DNA of 64,000 nt from NCBI GenBank assembly GCA_038861545.1, contig JAWCCZ010000003.1, forward strand, positions 96,001-160,000. Direction: 5' to 3'. This document shows positions 53,332 to 63,554 of the stretch, piece by piece. Origin of the DNA: Thermofilaceae archaeon. Its GTDB lineage: Archaea; Thermoproteota; Thermoprotei; Thermofilales; Thermofilaceae. Every line of letters starts with the position of its first letter. Within the stretch, counting starts at the first letter, position 1. Both the position numbers and the translations under genes were made by a program. The notes under the pieces were generated by a model. It saw nothing but the letters and a program-made list of their open reading frames with translations, ran no database searches and had not been told where the DNA came from.

Positions 53332-53919
53332 TTATACGCTTTTCGCTTGATGAGCCAATTTTACACAGAAGGTAGATAAACGTGCCTTTGACCGAAGGAG
53401 GACTGTGTTAACCTTATCAATCAAGTATGCAAGAACGTGTGGGTTAATACAATCCACACCTGAGAGCTTGAGTGGCATTTCAATACGATCGGAGGAGACT
53501 ATTTCAACTACTGCACGTTTCCCAACACCTTGGATCCCGCTGTGCTTCAAGCCGGAGTTTCTAGCGGTAATTAGTAGGAATTGAGCTGCATCTAAAGTTC
53601 TGCATACGATATGCATTATTGGGCCCTGAACAGATAACCATAAGCTAGGGTATTTTGCATACCGTGTAACTTTATCAAGCTCATATTTTTCGATTGGTCT
53701 ATGCCACTTAGCTACTACTACCATTATTCCTTTCTCTCCAGGTGTTTCAGAGGCAGAAACCTGTATCCTACCACTACAACTGCTGGTAGTGTAGTAGTCT
53801 GGATGGTAATTTATAATTGATAAAAGTTCAATTATATCCGGATCTACTTTTCCAGTTTCTAATTCTCGTAAGAGGTTCCAAGCAGCTTTTCTTTTTTCTA
53901 GCTCGAATGTGTAACTCAT
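53332..53919 (-). CDS. taw3: tRNA wyosine methyltransferase Taw3 (TYW3)
   Basis: [20 protein letters not shown]. Confidence 0.92.
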   Translation of the reverse strand: MSYTFELEKRKAAWNLLRELETGKVDPDIIELLSIINYHPDYYTTSSCSGRIQVSASETPGEKGIMVVVAKWHRPIEKYELDKVTRYAKYPSLWLSVQGPIMHIVCRTLDAAQFLLITARNSGLKHSGIQGVGKRAVVEIVSSDRIEMPLKLSGVDCINPHVLAYLIDKVNTVLLRSKARLSTFCVKLAHQAKSV

Positions 53920-53932
53920 AGCTTATGAACAA

Positions 53933-55405
53933 TTAAGGAAATAACCTTGAGGCCAATTTCCAGGCATCTATCTGGGCTGACACCGTCATAACCTCTCTAC
54001 GCAAGTTGAGGGTTGCTAACCGCAACTGAGTGTAGCTATATTCTTTAAGTTTCTCGATTATTCCCCGCTCTTCCACTATACGTGTATCATAATCTCCTCT
54101 CATAAAGGCCGGATCATTTAACAACAGATGCATGAATGCTATATTTGTCTTTACGCCTTCAATAATCGTTTCCTCAAGAGCTGTGATAAGTCTTCTCCTT
54201 GCCTCATCACGTGTTAACCCCCAGCATATCACTTTCATTATAAGAGGGTCGTAGTAAATGGGAACATGAGCCCCTGCGTAATAACCGCTGTCAACTCTAA
54301 CGTAGGGCCCTGAAGGTTCCCTGTACTTGGTTAACTGTCCTGCAAACGGAGTAAAGTAAGCAAGGGGATCTTCTGCGTAAACTCTTGCCTCTATAGCATG
54401 GCCCTTTATATTAATTTCATTTTGCTTGAAAGTAGGGTTCTCACCAGCAGCGACTAAGATTTGTTCTCTAACTATATCTACGCCCGTTACCATTTCAGTG
54501 ACAGGGTGTTCAACCTGTAGACGCGAGTTAACCTCAAGTAAATAGAAGTCTTGCGTAGTAGGATCATATAGGAATTCAAAGGTTCCCGCATTTTCATAGC
54601 TACAGGCTTTAGCGGCTTTAAGAGCTAGATCCAAGAGTTTTTTTCTGAGTTCTGTATTCAGTGCTGGAGATGGAGCTTCTTCTATCACCTTTTGAAACCG
54701 CCTTTGCACAGAACACTCTCGCTCATATAAATGATACACAAAGCCTTTATTGGTCCCTATTATCTGGACTTCAATATGCCTCGCTTTAGGTAGGTATTTC
54801 TCTAAGTAGATTTCTAGTTGACCAAAAGTCTTTCCGGCCAACTGAGCTGCTGTGTTTATAGCTTTGAGCAAGTCTTTCTCGGACCAGACAACTTGTATTC
54901 CAATTCCACCACCTCCACCTGCTGGTTTGATTATCACTGGGTACTCTAGCTCTTCAGCTATGCTAGGAGCGTCTCGCACATCTATAGGGTTAAAGGTGCC
55001 AGGAATAACGGGCACTCCGACTCTATGGAAAAAATTTCTAGCACCAAGCTTATCGCCAACTAGTCTTTGTGTGTGTGCTGAAGGACCTATAAAAATCACT
55101 CCCTCCTCCTCCAAACGCTCAATGAAATCTGCGCGCTGCGATAGAAAGCCGTAGCCCGGGTGCACAGCTTCGGCGCTACTAAGTTTAGCCACCTGCACTA
55201 TGGCTTCAATATTCAAATAGTTTTCGGTTGGCTCAGACCCGCCAATTCTGTAAGCTTCATCTGCAACTAATGTGTGAAGGGCGTTACTGTCAGCATCAGA
55301 GTATATAGTGACGGTTTTAATGCCTAGGGCTTTCGCCGTCCGAGCAATTCTTACAGCCACTTCTCCTCTGTTTGCTATTAGTATCTTAGAGAATGGCGCA
55401 TCCAT
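53933..55405 (-). CDS. Biotin carboxylase subunit (AccC/PycA-like)
   Basis: IANRGEVA, HPGYGFLS, GGGGIG, RECSVQRR, EVNSRLQVEH, RVDSG. Confidence 0.94.
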   Translation of the reverse strand: MDAPFSKILIANRGEVAVRIARTAKALGIKTVTIYSDADSNALHTLVADEAYRIGGSEPTENYLNIEAIVQVAKLSSAEAVHPGYGFLSQRADFIERLEEEGVIFIGPSAHTQRLVGDKLGARNFFHRVGVPVIPGTFNPIDVRDAPSIAEELEYPVIIKPAGGGGGIGIQVVWSEKDLLKAINTAAQLAGKTFGQLEIYLEKYLPKARHIEVQIIGTNKGFVYHLYERECSVQRRFQKVIEEAPSPALNTELRKKLLDLALKAAKACSYENAGTFEFLYDPTTQDFYLLEVNSRLQVEHPVTEMVTGVDIVREQILVAAGENPTFKQNEINIKGHAIEARVYAEDPLAYFTPFAGQLTKYREPSGPYVRVDSGYYAGAHVPIYYDPLIMKVICWGLTRDEARRRLITALEETIIEGVKTNIAFMHLLLNDPAFMRGDYDTRIVEERGIIEKLKEYSYTQLRLATLNLRREVMTVSAQIDAWKLASRLFP

Positions 55406-55478
55406 GTATGTTACACCCGCTTAGAGAAAATCACAGATAATATAAGGGATGCTGTGAATAACCTACATGTATTTTTCC

Positions 55479-55540
55479 GCATATCAGCTTATTAAGCTTC
55501 ATCATAGATTCAACTACACCTCAGCTTCATCAATATATGC
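55479..55540 (-). ncRNA. Candidate box C/D guide sRNA overlapping the 3' end of the NTPase gene
   Basis: GCATA/TATGC terminal stem; TTGATGA(C)-AGCTGAGGTGTAG-TTGA(D')-ATCT-ATGATGA(C')-AGCTTAATAAG-CTGA(D). Confidence 0.7.
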
Positions 55541-56064
55541 TCAACAATTAGGTGTGGAACCTCATCCCGGTTATGCAGTGTTAGCGATATCACACTTATA
55601 TCCTTTCTTGAAAGTACCATACGACCAAAGGAATCCTCGTGTGCTCTGAAATGTATAGTTGCTATAACCGGTTTAGAGGAGTTAAGGGCTTTCACCACAG
55701 CCTTCCTAAATAGTGGAGAGTAGAGCTCCATAGGTCCTATTTCATCAATCACTATAACATCAGAGATTTCAAGAGCTTTGATAATGGCTTTAACTCCAAC
55801 TCTCTCTAGTTCACCTACAAGCACAACGTACTTCCCTATCCTAGGTAACCCCTTTCCCACGCGGGCGAGGTACGCTTCTTCACCTGTGGACAAATCTACT
55901 ACTACGAAACCAGTTCTAACTCCGGATTCTCTAATTTCTCGTGAAATAAATCCGCCTACATGAATTCCCAGCTTTCTGAGTTCTTCTGTAACTTTTAATA
56001 CGGCCGTGGTCTTGCCAACGCCCGGGTGTCCAGTGATTAACAGGTTTTTAGTAAAATTTTTCAT
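55510..56064 (-). CDS. Nucleoside triphosphatase (THEP1 family)
   Basis: ITGHPGVGKTT, VIDEIGPMEL, ATIH. Confidence 0.94.
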   Translation of the reverse strand: MKNFTKNLLITGHPGVGKTTAVLKVTEELRKLGIHVGGFISREIRESGVRTGFVVVDLSTGEEAYLARVGKGLPRIGKYVVLVGELERVGVKAIIKALEISDVIVIDEIGPMELYSPLFRKAVVKALNSSKPVIATIHFRAHEDSFGRMVLSRKDISVISLTLHNRDEVPHLIVEHILMKLRCS

Positions 56065-56086
56065 TGGAAGTATATTTGGACTAGTT

Positions 56087-56572
56087 TTAAAGGTTCTGTG
56101 CTATATTTTCAAGCGCTTTCATAGTTTCGGTTAACTCTTCCCTTTGGCATACAGCTAGTAAAACCGTTAAGGGTTTTCCCAACCGCAACTCCCTTACAAG
56201 TTCTCGGTTGAGGTGGATAGCTGCTTTATCACTGTTTACAGCTATGGTGCGTCCATCAATGTAGAAACTTTTACGAACTACGATTGAAGTTTTACTAGTG
56301 AAGCTTAACTGAGGGCTCCCGTAGCCTTTAACAATTTCGACTGTTGAGTCACACTTCAGAAGAATGATCACACATACATCGTTGCTAGTGATGACACTTT
56401 TAAACTGAGAGGATAAATGTGCAGCAGCTTTATTTGCTGATACTCCTATAATGCAATCACCCCTGGGTGTAACAAAGGAATCCCTAGTAATTTCAAAAGT
56501 AGTTTTATGTAGGGCTTTAACAGCAGGGTGGCCACTAGCTTCTATTCTCTCTACTACTATCATGGTGACCAT
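56087..56572 (-). CDS. DUF371 family protein
   Basis: GHPAVKALHKTTFEIT, TPRGDCIIGV, VVRKS. Start approximate; the ORF is open to 56599. Confidence 0.85.
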   Translation of the reverse strand: MVTMIVVERIEASGHPAVKALHKTTFEITRDSFVTPRGDCIIGVSANKAAAHLSSQFKSVITSNDVCVIILLKCDSTVEIVKGYGSPQLSFTSKTSIVVRKSFYIDGRTIAVNSDKAAIHLNRELVRELRLGKPLTVLLAVCQREELTETMKALENIAQNL

Positions 56573-57227
56573 ACCTGCCTCTAAGCGAGACGAAGACACA
56601 ATAGGTAACTTGACGGTGAGTTACCTTATCACCGTCGCGATTCACCGCTAATAACGTCTGATGCCAGCGGGGACCTACTGGTATCACCATTACGCCCTTA
56701 TCGGCTAATTGTTTAATAAGAAGAGGGGGGATTCGGGGGGCAGCCGCCGTAACCATGATTTTCTTGAACTGATATCCTTCTCTAACTGGGGCCCCCAAGC
56801 TTCCATCGGCTACCAATAGGTGAACTCGTTCATAGTACCCGGTTTTCTTCAAGTTATCTCTGGCGTAGTAAGCTAGTTGTTTTATAAGCTCTATACTCAC
56901 TATGATACCCTCAATACTTTCATCACTAGGCGAAATTATCTCTGTGCAGAGCGCGACATGGTATCCGCTACCTGTGCCTATTTCGAGCAGCGTGTCACCT
57001 CTAGTTAAGCCAGCTGCTTCACACATTATTGCACACATATGTGGAGCGGATATTGTTTGGTTTTCTGGAATAGGTAGAGGGCGATCTTCATATGCCTCAT
57101 CCTTGTATTCGGGCGGAACAAATTCCTCTCTAGGTACCTTTAGCATGGCTATCTTTAAAGATGAACTTTTGATAACACCCTCTAGTTCTAGCGCTTTAAC
57201 GAGGTTCCGGCGTTTCTCTTTATACAC
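56535..57227 (-). CDS. pcm: Protein-L-isoaspartate O-methyltransferase
   Basis: VPREEFVP, QTISAPHM, LEIGTGSGY, VTAAA. Confidence 0.95.
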   Translation of the reverse strand: MYKEKRRNLVKALELEGVIKSSSLKIAMLKVPREEFVPPEYKDEAYEDRPLPIPENQTISAPHMCAIMCEAAGLTRGDTLLEIGTGSGYHVALCTEIISPSDESIEGIIVSIELIKQLAYYARDNLKKTGYYERVHLLVADGSLGAPVREGYQFKKIMVTAAAPRIPPLLIKQLADKGVMVIPVGPRWHQTLLAVNRDGDKVTHRQVTYCVFVSLRGRYGHHDSSRENRS

Positions 57228-57275
57228 TAGCTGAAATTTGGAGAAAACAGTTTTAAAACTACCCTTAAGTGAAGG

Positions 57276-57572
57276 GTGGATATGCCCAGAGTTTTCGACA
57301 TAGGCAGGTTATGTGTTAAAATAGCGGGAAGAGAGGCTGGTAGGAAGTGCGTAATAGTAGATACCATAGATAATAATTTTGTTCTTGTAACTGGTCCCAA
57401 GGCTGTTACCGGAGTAAAGAGGAGAAGGGTTAATGTAAAGCATCTAGAACCAATAAACCAAAGAATTGACATAACTAGGGGTGCGAGCGACGAAGAAATA
57501 ATGACTGCTCTCGAAAAAGCCGGGCTTCTCGAGGAGATGAAACAACCGCTTAAGCCACTTGTTAAGACATGA
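57276..57572 (+). CDS. rpl14e: 50S ribosomal protein L14e
   Basis: [28 protein letters not shown]. Confidence 0.96.
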   Translation: MDMPRVFDIGRLCVKIAGREAGRKCVIVDTIDNNFVLVTGPKAVTGVKRRRVNVKHLEPINQRIDITRGASDEEIMTALEKAGLLEEMKQPLKPLVKT

Positions 57573-58555
57573 CCGCATCTATTAAGCATACCAGAGAAGT
57601 CCTAGTAAGGGATGATGAATCCCCTTCAGAGTTTGGAAAACGTCCGGAGGAACGTGATATCTCGGAACTTTTAGAACTGGGCGTCATAAATTTAGACAAA
57701 CCCCCCGGCCCTTCCAGCCACGAAGTTGTCGCTTGGTTTTCTAGGATAATTGGAATCAGTAGGATAGCTCATGGTGGCACGCTAGACCCCAAAGTCACCG
57801 GTATTCTACCGGTGCTACTTAACCGCGCCGTAAAAGTTGTACGTTTTCTCCTCAACGAGGATAAAGAATACGTTGGAGTTATGAAGTTGCATGGCGATGT
57901 GTCGGGAGAAGAAATTGTGAGGACTTTAGCAATGTTTAGAGGACCCGTGTACCAGAAACCACCTCTCCGGTCCGCAGTTAAAAGAACTCTTAGAGTTAGA
58001 CGCATACACGATGTAAAAGTACTTGAAGTTTCTGGGAGGAATGTCCTTTTTTGGATATGGTGTGAAGCCGGGACCTACGTTAGGAAGTTCTGTTATGACG
58101 CTGGACTAATTCTGGGAGTTGGAGCACACATGCAGGAGTTGAGGAGAGTTAGAAGTGGATGCTTCACTGAAGCGGAGGCTGTTACAATGCAAGAAGTTGT
58201 AGATGCATTCACGATATGGAAGGAGAGCGGGAACGAAAGTTATCTCAGAAAGGTCGTTAAGCCAGTAGAGCAAGCTGTACAGCATTTACCTAGGGTAATT
58301 ATCAGGAATGCAGCAGTAGATGCAGTAGCTCACGGCGCTCAACTAGCTGTTCCAGGTGTTCTTAGAGTGGATGCAGGTGTAAAAGTGGGGGACATTGTTG
58401 CCATACTTACGTTGAAGGGCGAGCTAGTAGCTATAGGTAAGGCTGAGATGAGAAGCGAAGAAATGGTCATAGCAAAGAAGGGAATAGCGGTTAAGCCTCT
58501 GGCAGTTACAATGAAACCTGGCGTTTATCCTAGCTTATGGAAGAAGCATAGGTAA
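57569..58555 (+). CDS. cbf5: H/ACA pseudouridine synthase Cbf5
   Basis: [31 protein letters not shown] domain; uninterrupted ORF. Confidence 0.96.
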   Translation: MTASIKHTREVLVRDDESPSEFGKRPEERDISELLELGVINLDKPPGPSSHEVVAWFSRIIGISRIAHGGTLDPKVTGILPVLLNRAVKVVRFLLNEDKEYVGVMKLHGDVSGEEIVRTLAMFRGPVYQKPPLRSAVKRTLRVRRIHDVKVLEVSGRNVLFWIWCEAGTYVRKFCYDAGLILGVGAHMQELRRVRSGCFTEAEAVTMQEVVDAFTIWKESGNESYLRKVVKPVEQAVQHLPRVIIRNAAVDAVAHGAQLAVPGVLRVDAGVKVGDIVAILTLKGELVAIGKAEMRSEEMVIAKKGIAVKPLAVTMKPGVYPSLWKKHR

Positions 58556-58681
58556 GGCAAGTAGGAGACGCGTGTAGAGAATTTATATTTTTACATATGA
58601 TGAGCTTACTCGATCAGCTAATTCTTTCAGGCGCTTCTTGACAAGTAGGAATATAAAGTCCTTCGACAACAGGATGTCAAA

Positions 58682-58778
58682 GCCGGGGTGCCCGAGTGGA
58701 CTAAGGGGGTGGCCTGGAGTGGTTTTAGAGAGCCACTGTCCTCATCAGGACGCCCGGGTTCGAATCCCGGCCCCGGCG
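58682..58778 (+). tRNA. tRNA-Ser(GGA) with 11-nt intron (58720-58730)
   Basis: GTGGC-CT-GGA-G|TGGTTTTAGAG|A-GCCAC; long variable arm GTCCT/AGGAC; G73 discriminator. Confidence 0.93.
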
Positions 58779-58844
58779 CTGTCGCCTTGTTAGTATATTG
58801 GCTTAGCAAAACTAATAAACCCTTGCCAGTGAGGCGGGTTCGGA

Positions 58845-59297
58845 ATGAGTGAAGGCGAGTTCAAGTACATAGTTAGAATAGCTGATCGGGATCTCCCAGG
58901 AGACAAAAACATAGTGTATGCCTTGGCCTTAATCAAAGGCATAGGAGTTAATACTGCTTACGCTTTATGCCGTAAGCTAGGTATAAGTACTCGCAGAAAG
59001 CTCGGCTCGTTAACCGACGATGAAATTAAACAAGTTGATGGCGCTGTAAGGGAGCTTCAAAAGCTTGGCTTACCAGCATGGATGTATAATAGGAGAAGGG
59101 ATAGCTATTATGGAACAGATAGACATCTTGTGGGTGCAGATTTGGTGCTTACGGTGAAGGGGGATATAGAGCTGTTAAAAGAGCTTAAATGTTGGAGAGG
59201 TATCAGACATATGCTCGGCTTAAAGGTAAGGGGACAGCGTACCAGAACTACAGGTAGAACTGGATTAACTATAGGTGTAAAGAGGTCTTCAAAGTAA
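58845..59297 (+). CDS. rps13: 30S ribosomal protein S13 (uS13)
   Basis: IKGIG, WRGIRH, VRGQRTRTTGR. Confidence 0.97.
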   Translation: MSEGEFKYIVRIADRDLPGDKNIVYALALIKGIGVNTAYALCRKLGISTRRKLGSLTDDEIKQVDGAVRELQKLGLPAWMYNRRRDSYYGTDRHLVGADLVLTVKGDIELLKELKCWRGIRHMLGLKVRGQRTRTTGRTGLTIGVKRSSK

Positions 59298-59330
59298 AAT
59301 AAATATAGTAGTGGTACCAGCTGACCAGCG

Positions 59331-59843
59331 ATGGGCGATCCTAAGAAGTCAAAAAAGAAATGGGAGGGCTCCCCGCATCCATGGAGGAGGGAAACCCTAC
59401 AGGCAGAATTAGAACTACTCGGCAAGTATGGACTACGCAATAAAAGAGAGCTTTGGATAGCTAGGACTTATTTAAGAAGGATTAGAGCCAGGGCAAGGAA
59501 ATTACTTGCTTTGCCTCCGGAGGAGAGGGAACTAAGGGGAAGGCCCTTGATTAACAGGTTGTACTTGGTAGGGATATTACCAAGCCTCGACTCTTCTCTC
59601 GACGACGTACTCAGGTTAACGGTCGAAGATATTCTCGAAAGAAGACTTCAGACGATAGTCTATAAGAAAGGACTTGCGAAATCCTACTACCAAGCTCGTC
59701 AGCTGATTGCCCATGGGCATATTGCTATTAAGGGTCGAAGAATTACAAGTCCCGGATATTTGGTATCACGCGAAGAAGAGGGTCACGTGAGCTTTTATAG
59801 ACTATCGCCATTAATAGGAGCTTCTAATACACCTACCTCTTAA
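59331..59843 (+). CDS. rps4: 30S ribosomal protein S4 (uS4)
   Basis: MGDP, YGLRNKRELW, ERRLQT, ARQLIAHGHI. Confidence 0.97.
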   Translation: MGDPKKSKKKWEGSPHPWRRETLQAELELLGKYGLRNKRELWIARTYLRRIRARARKLLALPPEERELRGRPLINRLYLVGILPSLDSSLDDVLRLTVEDILERRLQTIVYKKGLAKSYYQARQLIAHGHIAIKGRRITSPGYLVSREEEGHVSFYRLSPLIGASNTPTS

Positions 59844-59902
59844 AGTTAGGTGTAACTTCCCAGCGAAAAGGCCTTAAATATGGATAAACTATACCCTCCG
59901 CA

Positions 59903-60343
59903 ATGTCTGAGGGAGGAGTAAGCGAAAAAGTGGATAGAATACATCAATCAATGACTACAAGGAGTGATATAGGAATCGCATGGATATATGCTAGTTACAA
60001 TAATACGATTATCCATATAACTGATTTAAGCGGAGCAGAGACGATATCCTTCGTAACCGGTGGTATGATAGCGAAAGCCGATAGGGATAAGCCCAGCCCT
60101 TGGGCCGCTATGCAGGCTGCTATGCGTGCAGCCAGGATAGCGATCGATAAAGGTATCCGAGTTGTACACGTGAAAGTTAAAGCGCCTGGAGGAGCTGGTC
60201 CTAAAACTCCCGGTCCTGGTGCTGGTCCTGCGATTCGAGCTCTCGTACGAGCCGGTTTAATCGTAGATCGAGTTGAGGACGTAACACCTTTGCCGACAGA
60301 CTCCATACGTAAGCCGGGTGGCCGCAGAGGTAGAAGGGTCTAA
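59903..60343 (+). CDS. rps11: 30S ribosomal protein S11 (uS11)
   Basis: [26 protein letters not shown]. Confidence 0.97.
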   Translation: MSEGGVSEKVDRIHQSMTTRSDIGIAWIYASYNNTIIHITDLSGAETISFVTGGMIAKADRDKPSPWAAMQAAMRAARIAIDKGIRVVHVKVKAPGGAGPKTPGPGAGPAIRALVRAGLIVDRVEDVTPLPTDSIRKPGGRRGRRV

Positions 60344-60459
60344 AATTTAAGGTTTTTAACGCTAATATACGCAGAATATTCTTGCTTAGAATATCTTCCC
60401 TCCGTATACCATTAAAAAATACGCCAGGGAACCCTGACGACTTAGTCCGGAGTTAAAAA

Positions 60460-61215
60460 CTACAGGAATAAGAAGTCTAAAATTTCATCTACCGTATGGG
60501 GTTCAAGTTTTTCGTATCTCTCTGTTGATCCTAGATCATACCAGAATGCATCAGTGAAAAACGCTTCAACGTTGTAGCCTCTGCTCACGAGCAGGGGAAT
60601 AAAGTCACGCATTAGATCAACCTCTTTTAATTCTACAACCAAGTTTTCTAGGTAATTTAAAACGTTGACCCTAACTGCAGCTATACCGATGACTACAGGA
60701 ATATTAAGACGCGGTTTTTCCTCAAGTTTTACAATTCTGTTACCTTCAACTTCGGCTACACCCACACTTACCGAGTAATTTGTCGAAAGCGCTAAAGTAG
60801 CCGTTGCACGGTTTTCGACGTGCTTGCGTAGTAGCGCTGACAAATCTAAGCTAGTCAGTATGTCACCGTAGTAAATCACTATATGCTCATAGTTGTTGAA
60901 AATCCCTAGCCTGTAAGCATTATATATTGCGCCTCCGTTACCCTTGTAATTAGGGTTATCTTTGACATAAGCTAGCTTAACTCCAAAGCGGCTTCCATCA
61001 TCAAAGTAATTAATTATCTGTTCCGCTTTATAGTTTACAAGTAGCGTTATATCGGAAATTCCATGGTACTTAAGCAGTCTAATTATATATTCGAGAAGAG
61101 GTTTCTGTTTAGAGCCCACTGGTATCATTGCTTTCTGAAAATAGTAAGTGAGAGGTCTTAATCTAGAGCCGGTTCCACCACAAAGAACCACTCCTTTAAC
61201 TTTCTCTCCCATCAT
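60460..61215 (-). CDS. Sugar-phosphate nucleotidyltransferase
   Basis: LCGGTGSRLRPLT..K, YGD, EEKP, WYDLGS. Confidence 0.9.
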   Translation of the reverse strand: MMGEKVKGVVLCGGTGSRLRPLTYYFQKAMIPVGSKQKPLLEYIIRLLKYHGISDITLLVNYKAEQIINYFDDGSRFGVKLAYVKDNPNYKGNGGAIYNAYRLGIFNNYEHIVIYYGDILTSLDLSALLRKHVENRATATLALSTNYSVSVGVAEVEGNRIVKLEEKPRLNIPVVIGIAAVRVNVLNYLENLVVELKEVDLMRDFIPLLVSRGYNVEAFFTDAFWYDLGSTERYEKLEPHTVDEILDFLFL

Positions 61216-61437
61216 CCTAGATAATTCGATCTTCCCAATTAGTCTTTCGCAAGCTTCCCCTAACAGCTAATTGTTCAAGCCTTTGAACGGAACTTTAGAA
61301 TTAAATTATTGGTCTGCATGTTCACAGGAAGGATATACAACTCAAGCTTGATTAACTCGCATTTTCCGAAAATGTAACCAGAGAATTCTAAATTTTTGAA
61401 GCGAAGACTTTTATCGCTTAATTATATAGGTAAGAGC

Positions 61438-62748
61438 GTGGACGAATTGTATTATAGCGAAAATGATTTCACAATAGTTTCGGTTAAAGGTAGATGGGTC
61501 TTAGATTCGAGAGGAAACCCTACGGTTGAAGCAGATGTTGAAACAGCGGGAGGAGGATATGGTACAGCGATTGTACCAGCTGGAGCTTCTAGAGGAATGC
61601 ATGAAGCACTGGAACTAAGGGATGGAGACAAAGCTTTCCAGGGTAAAGGCGTAACAAAGGCTGTTAAAAACGTAAACGAGGTTATCTCCGAAAAGATCAT
61701 TGGCATGGATGCCAGAGACCAAGCGGCTATTGATAGGGCAATGATCGAATTGGATGGCACATCGAATAAATCGAAGTTAGGTGCTAATGCTATACTCGCT
61801 GTTTCGCTCGCAGTAGCTAAAGCTGCTGCAAGCACCTATGGCATGCCACTTTTTCAGTACCTGGGCGGCAAGATGGCTCGAGTGTTGCCAACACCGCTAA
61901 TGAATGTAATAAACGGTGGTAAACATGCAGGTAACGAATTAAGCATTCAGGAGTTCATGATAGTTCCAGTGGGCGCAGATAGTTTTTCTAATGCTTTAAG
62001 AATATCCTGTGAAGTTTACTATTGCCTTAAAGATATATTGCAGGGGAAATACGGTAAAAATGCAATTAACGTTGGAGATGAAGGCGGTTTCGCGCCACCT
62101 ATGAGAGAAAGCAGAGAGGCATTAAACGCTCTTGTCAATGCTATTAAGAAAAGCGGATACGAACCAGGCCGTGAGGTACTCTTAGCCCTTGACGCGGCCG
62201 CGTCTAACTTCTACTCAAATGGACAATATAGTATAGACGGTAAAAGCCTTTCTCGGGACGAGCTACTTGAGTACTACCGCCAGCTAGTTGAAGAGTATCC
62301 TATTATCTCCATCGAAGATCCTTTTCATGAAGAAGACTTTGAAGGTTATAGGTTGATAACCGATAAACTCCAGAGAAAGGGTATACAAATTGTAGGTGAC
62401 GATATATTCGTAACCAACGTTAAAAGGCTTGCCAAAGGTATCGAGGCTGGTGCGGGAAATGCACTGCTTCTTAAGGTAAACCAGATAGGCACGCTAACAG
62501 AGGCTCTGGAAGCAGCGTTTATGTCATTTCGAAACGGCTGGAATGTGATAGTATCTCATAGAAGCGGAGAAACGGAGGATGCGACTATTTCGCACTTGGC
62601 AGTAGCTCTAAGGTGTGGTCAAATTAAGACTGGAGCTCCGGCTCGCGGTGAGAGAACAGCCAAGTACAACGAGCTGCTAAGGATTGAAGAGTACCTTGGG
62701 AACGAGGCTCAGTTCTTAGGGGCGTCAGCTCTCAAAACTAGAAAGTAG
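61438..62748 (+). CDS. eno: Enolase
   Basis: DSRGNPTVE, GDEGGF, LLKVNQIG, SHRSGET; GTG 61438 is the likely start. Confidence 0.97.
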   Translation: MDELYYSENDFTIVSVKGRWVLDSRGNPTVEADVETAGGGYGTAIVPAGASRGMHEALELRDGDKAFQGKGVTKAVKNVNEVISEKIIGMDARDQAAIDRAMIELDGTSNKSKLGANAILAVSLAVAKAAASTYGMPLFQYLGGKMARVLPTPLMNVINGGKHAGNELSIQEFMIVPVGADSFSNALRISCEVYYCLKDILQGKYGKNAINVGDEGGFAPPMRESREALNALVNAIKKSGYEPGREVLLALDAAASNFYSNGQYSIDGKSLSRDELLEYYRQLVEEYPIISIEDPFHEEDFEGYRLITDKLQRKGIQIVGDDIFVTNVKRLAKGIEAGAGNALLLKVNQIGTLTEALEAAFMSFRNGWNVIVSHRSGETEDATISHLAVALRCGQIKTGAPARGERTAKYNELLRIEEYLGNEAQFLGASALKTRK

Positions 62749-62759
62749 GATAAGTTTCC

Positions 62760-63554
62760 ATGAAGTTAAAACCTGAGTTTAATAGGTTTAACGCTTTTAT
62801 TTTTGATTGCGATGGAACTCTATGGATTGGGGAGAATCCCATACCCGGTGCCCTAGAGGCCGTAGAGAAGCTTCGAGAGCTTGGAAAAATAGTGCTTTAC
62901 GCTACTAATAACTCCACTTTATCAAGAAAGGGCTACCTGGCCAAAGTAAGGAAACTCGGTTTCACGGCTAAAATCCAGGAAATTTATTGTAGTAGTTACG
63001 TTGCAGCTATGCTAATGAAAAATTTAGGATTAAGGGATGTTTTTCCCTTAGGAGAGAAAGGATTAATCGAAGAGCTGATGAAAGTAGGTTTGCGAGTTCT
63101 AGATATTGAAAGTGACGAGACAGCCGAAGGGGTCTTAGTCGGATTGGATAGACGCTTAACATATAGAAAGTTACAGTACGCGTTTAGACATATTTTAAAA
63201 GGGGCTCTGTTTATCGCTACGAATAAGGATCCAACCCTTCCCATGGAAGATGGATTCACGCCAGGAGCGGGGGCTATAGTAGCCGCGTTGGAAACAGCGT
63301 TAGGTCGCAGTGTTGACATTCTTGTGGGCAAGCCTTCGCCCTACCTATTTATTGAAGCTATGAAGGAGTGGAAGTTAGATAGCTCTGAGGTCTTAGTGAT
63401 AGGCGATCGTCTCGACACAGACATTGAAGGTGCTAGAAGGGCTCGTTTAGCTTCAGCTCTAGTTGCTACCGGCGTCACGCAGCCGGCTGAGATTTCACTT
63501 TCTAAAGTTAAACCGAGCTATGTTCTTTCTACTTTGCTTGAAATATTCGAGTGA
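62760..63554 (+). CDS. HAD-IIA (NagD-like) phosphatase
   Basis: FDCDGT, TNNS, GKPS, IGDRLDTDI. Confidence 0.94.
   Translation: MKLKPEFNRFNAFIFDCDGTLWIGENPIPGALEAVEKLRELGKIVLYATNNSTLSRKGYLAKVRKLGFTAKIQEIYCSSYVAAMLMKNLGLRDVFPLGEKGLIEELMKVGLRVLDIESDETAEGVLVGLDRRLTYRKLQYAFRHILKGALFIATNKDPTLPMEDGFTPGAGAIVAALETALGRSVDILVGKPSPYLFIEAMKEWKLDSSEVLVIGDRLDTDIEGARRARLASALVATGVTQPAEISLSKVKPSYVLSTLLEIFE

Noticed and set aside
57569-58555. Possible BHB intron in cbf5, as occurs in several crenarchaea
   Set aside because: The reading frame is continuous through HGGTLDP with no insertion.
58597-58645. Perfect C box ATGATGA upstream of tRNA-Ser
   Set aside because: No convincing D' or C' box or terminal stem, and the spacing from the nearby TATA is wrong.
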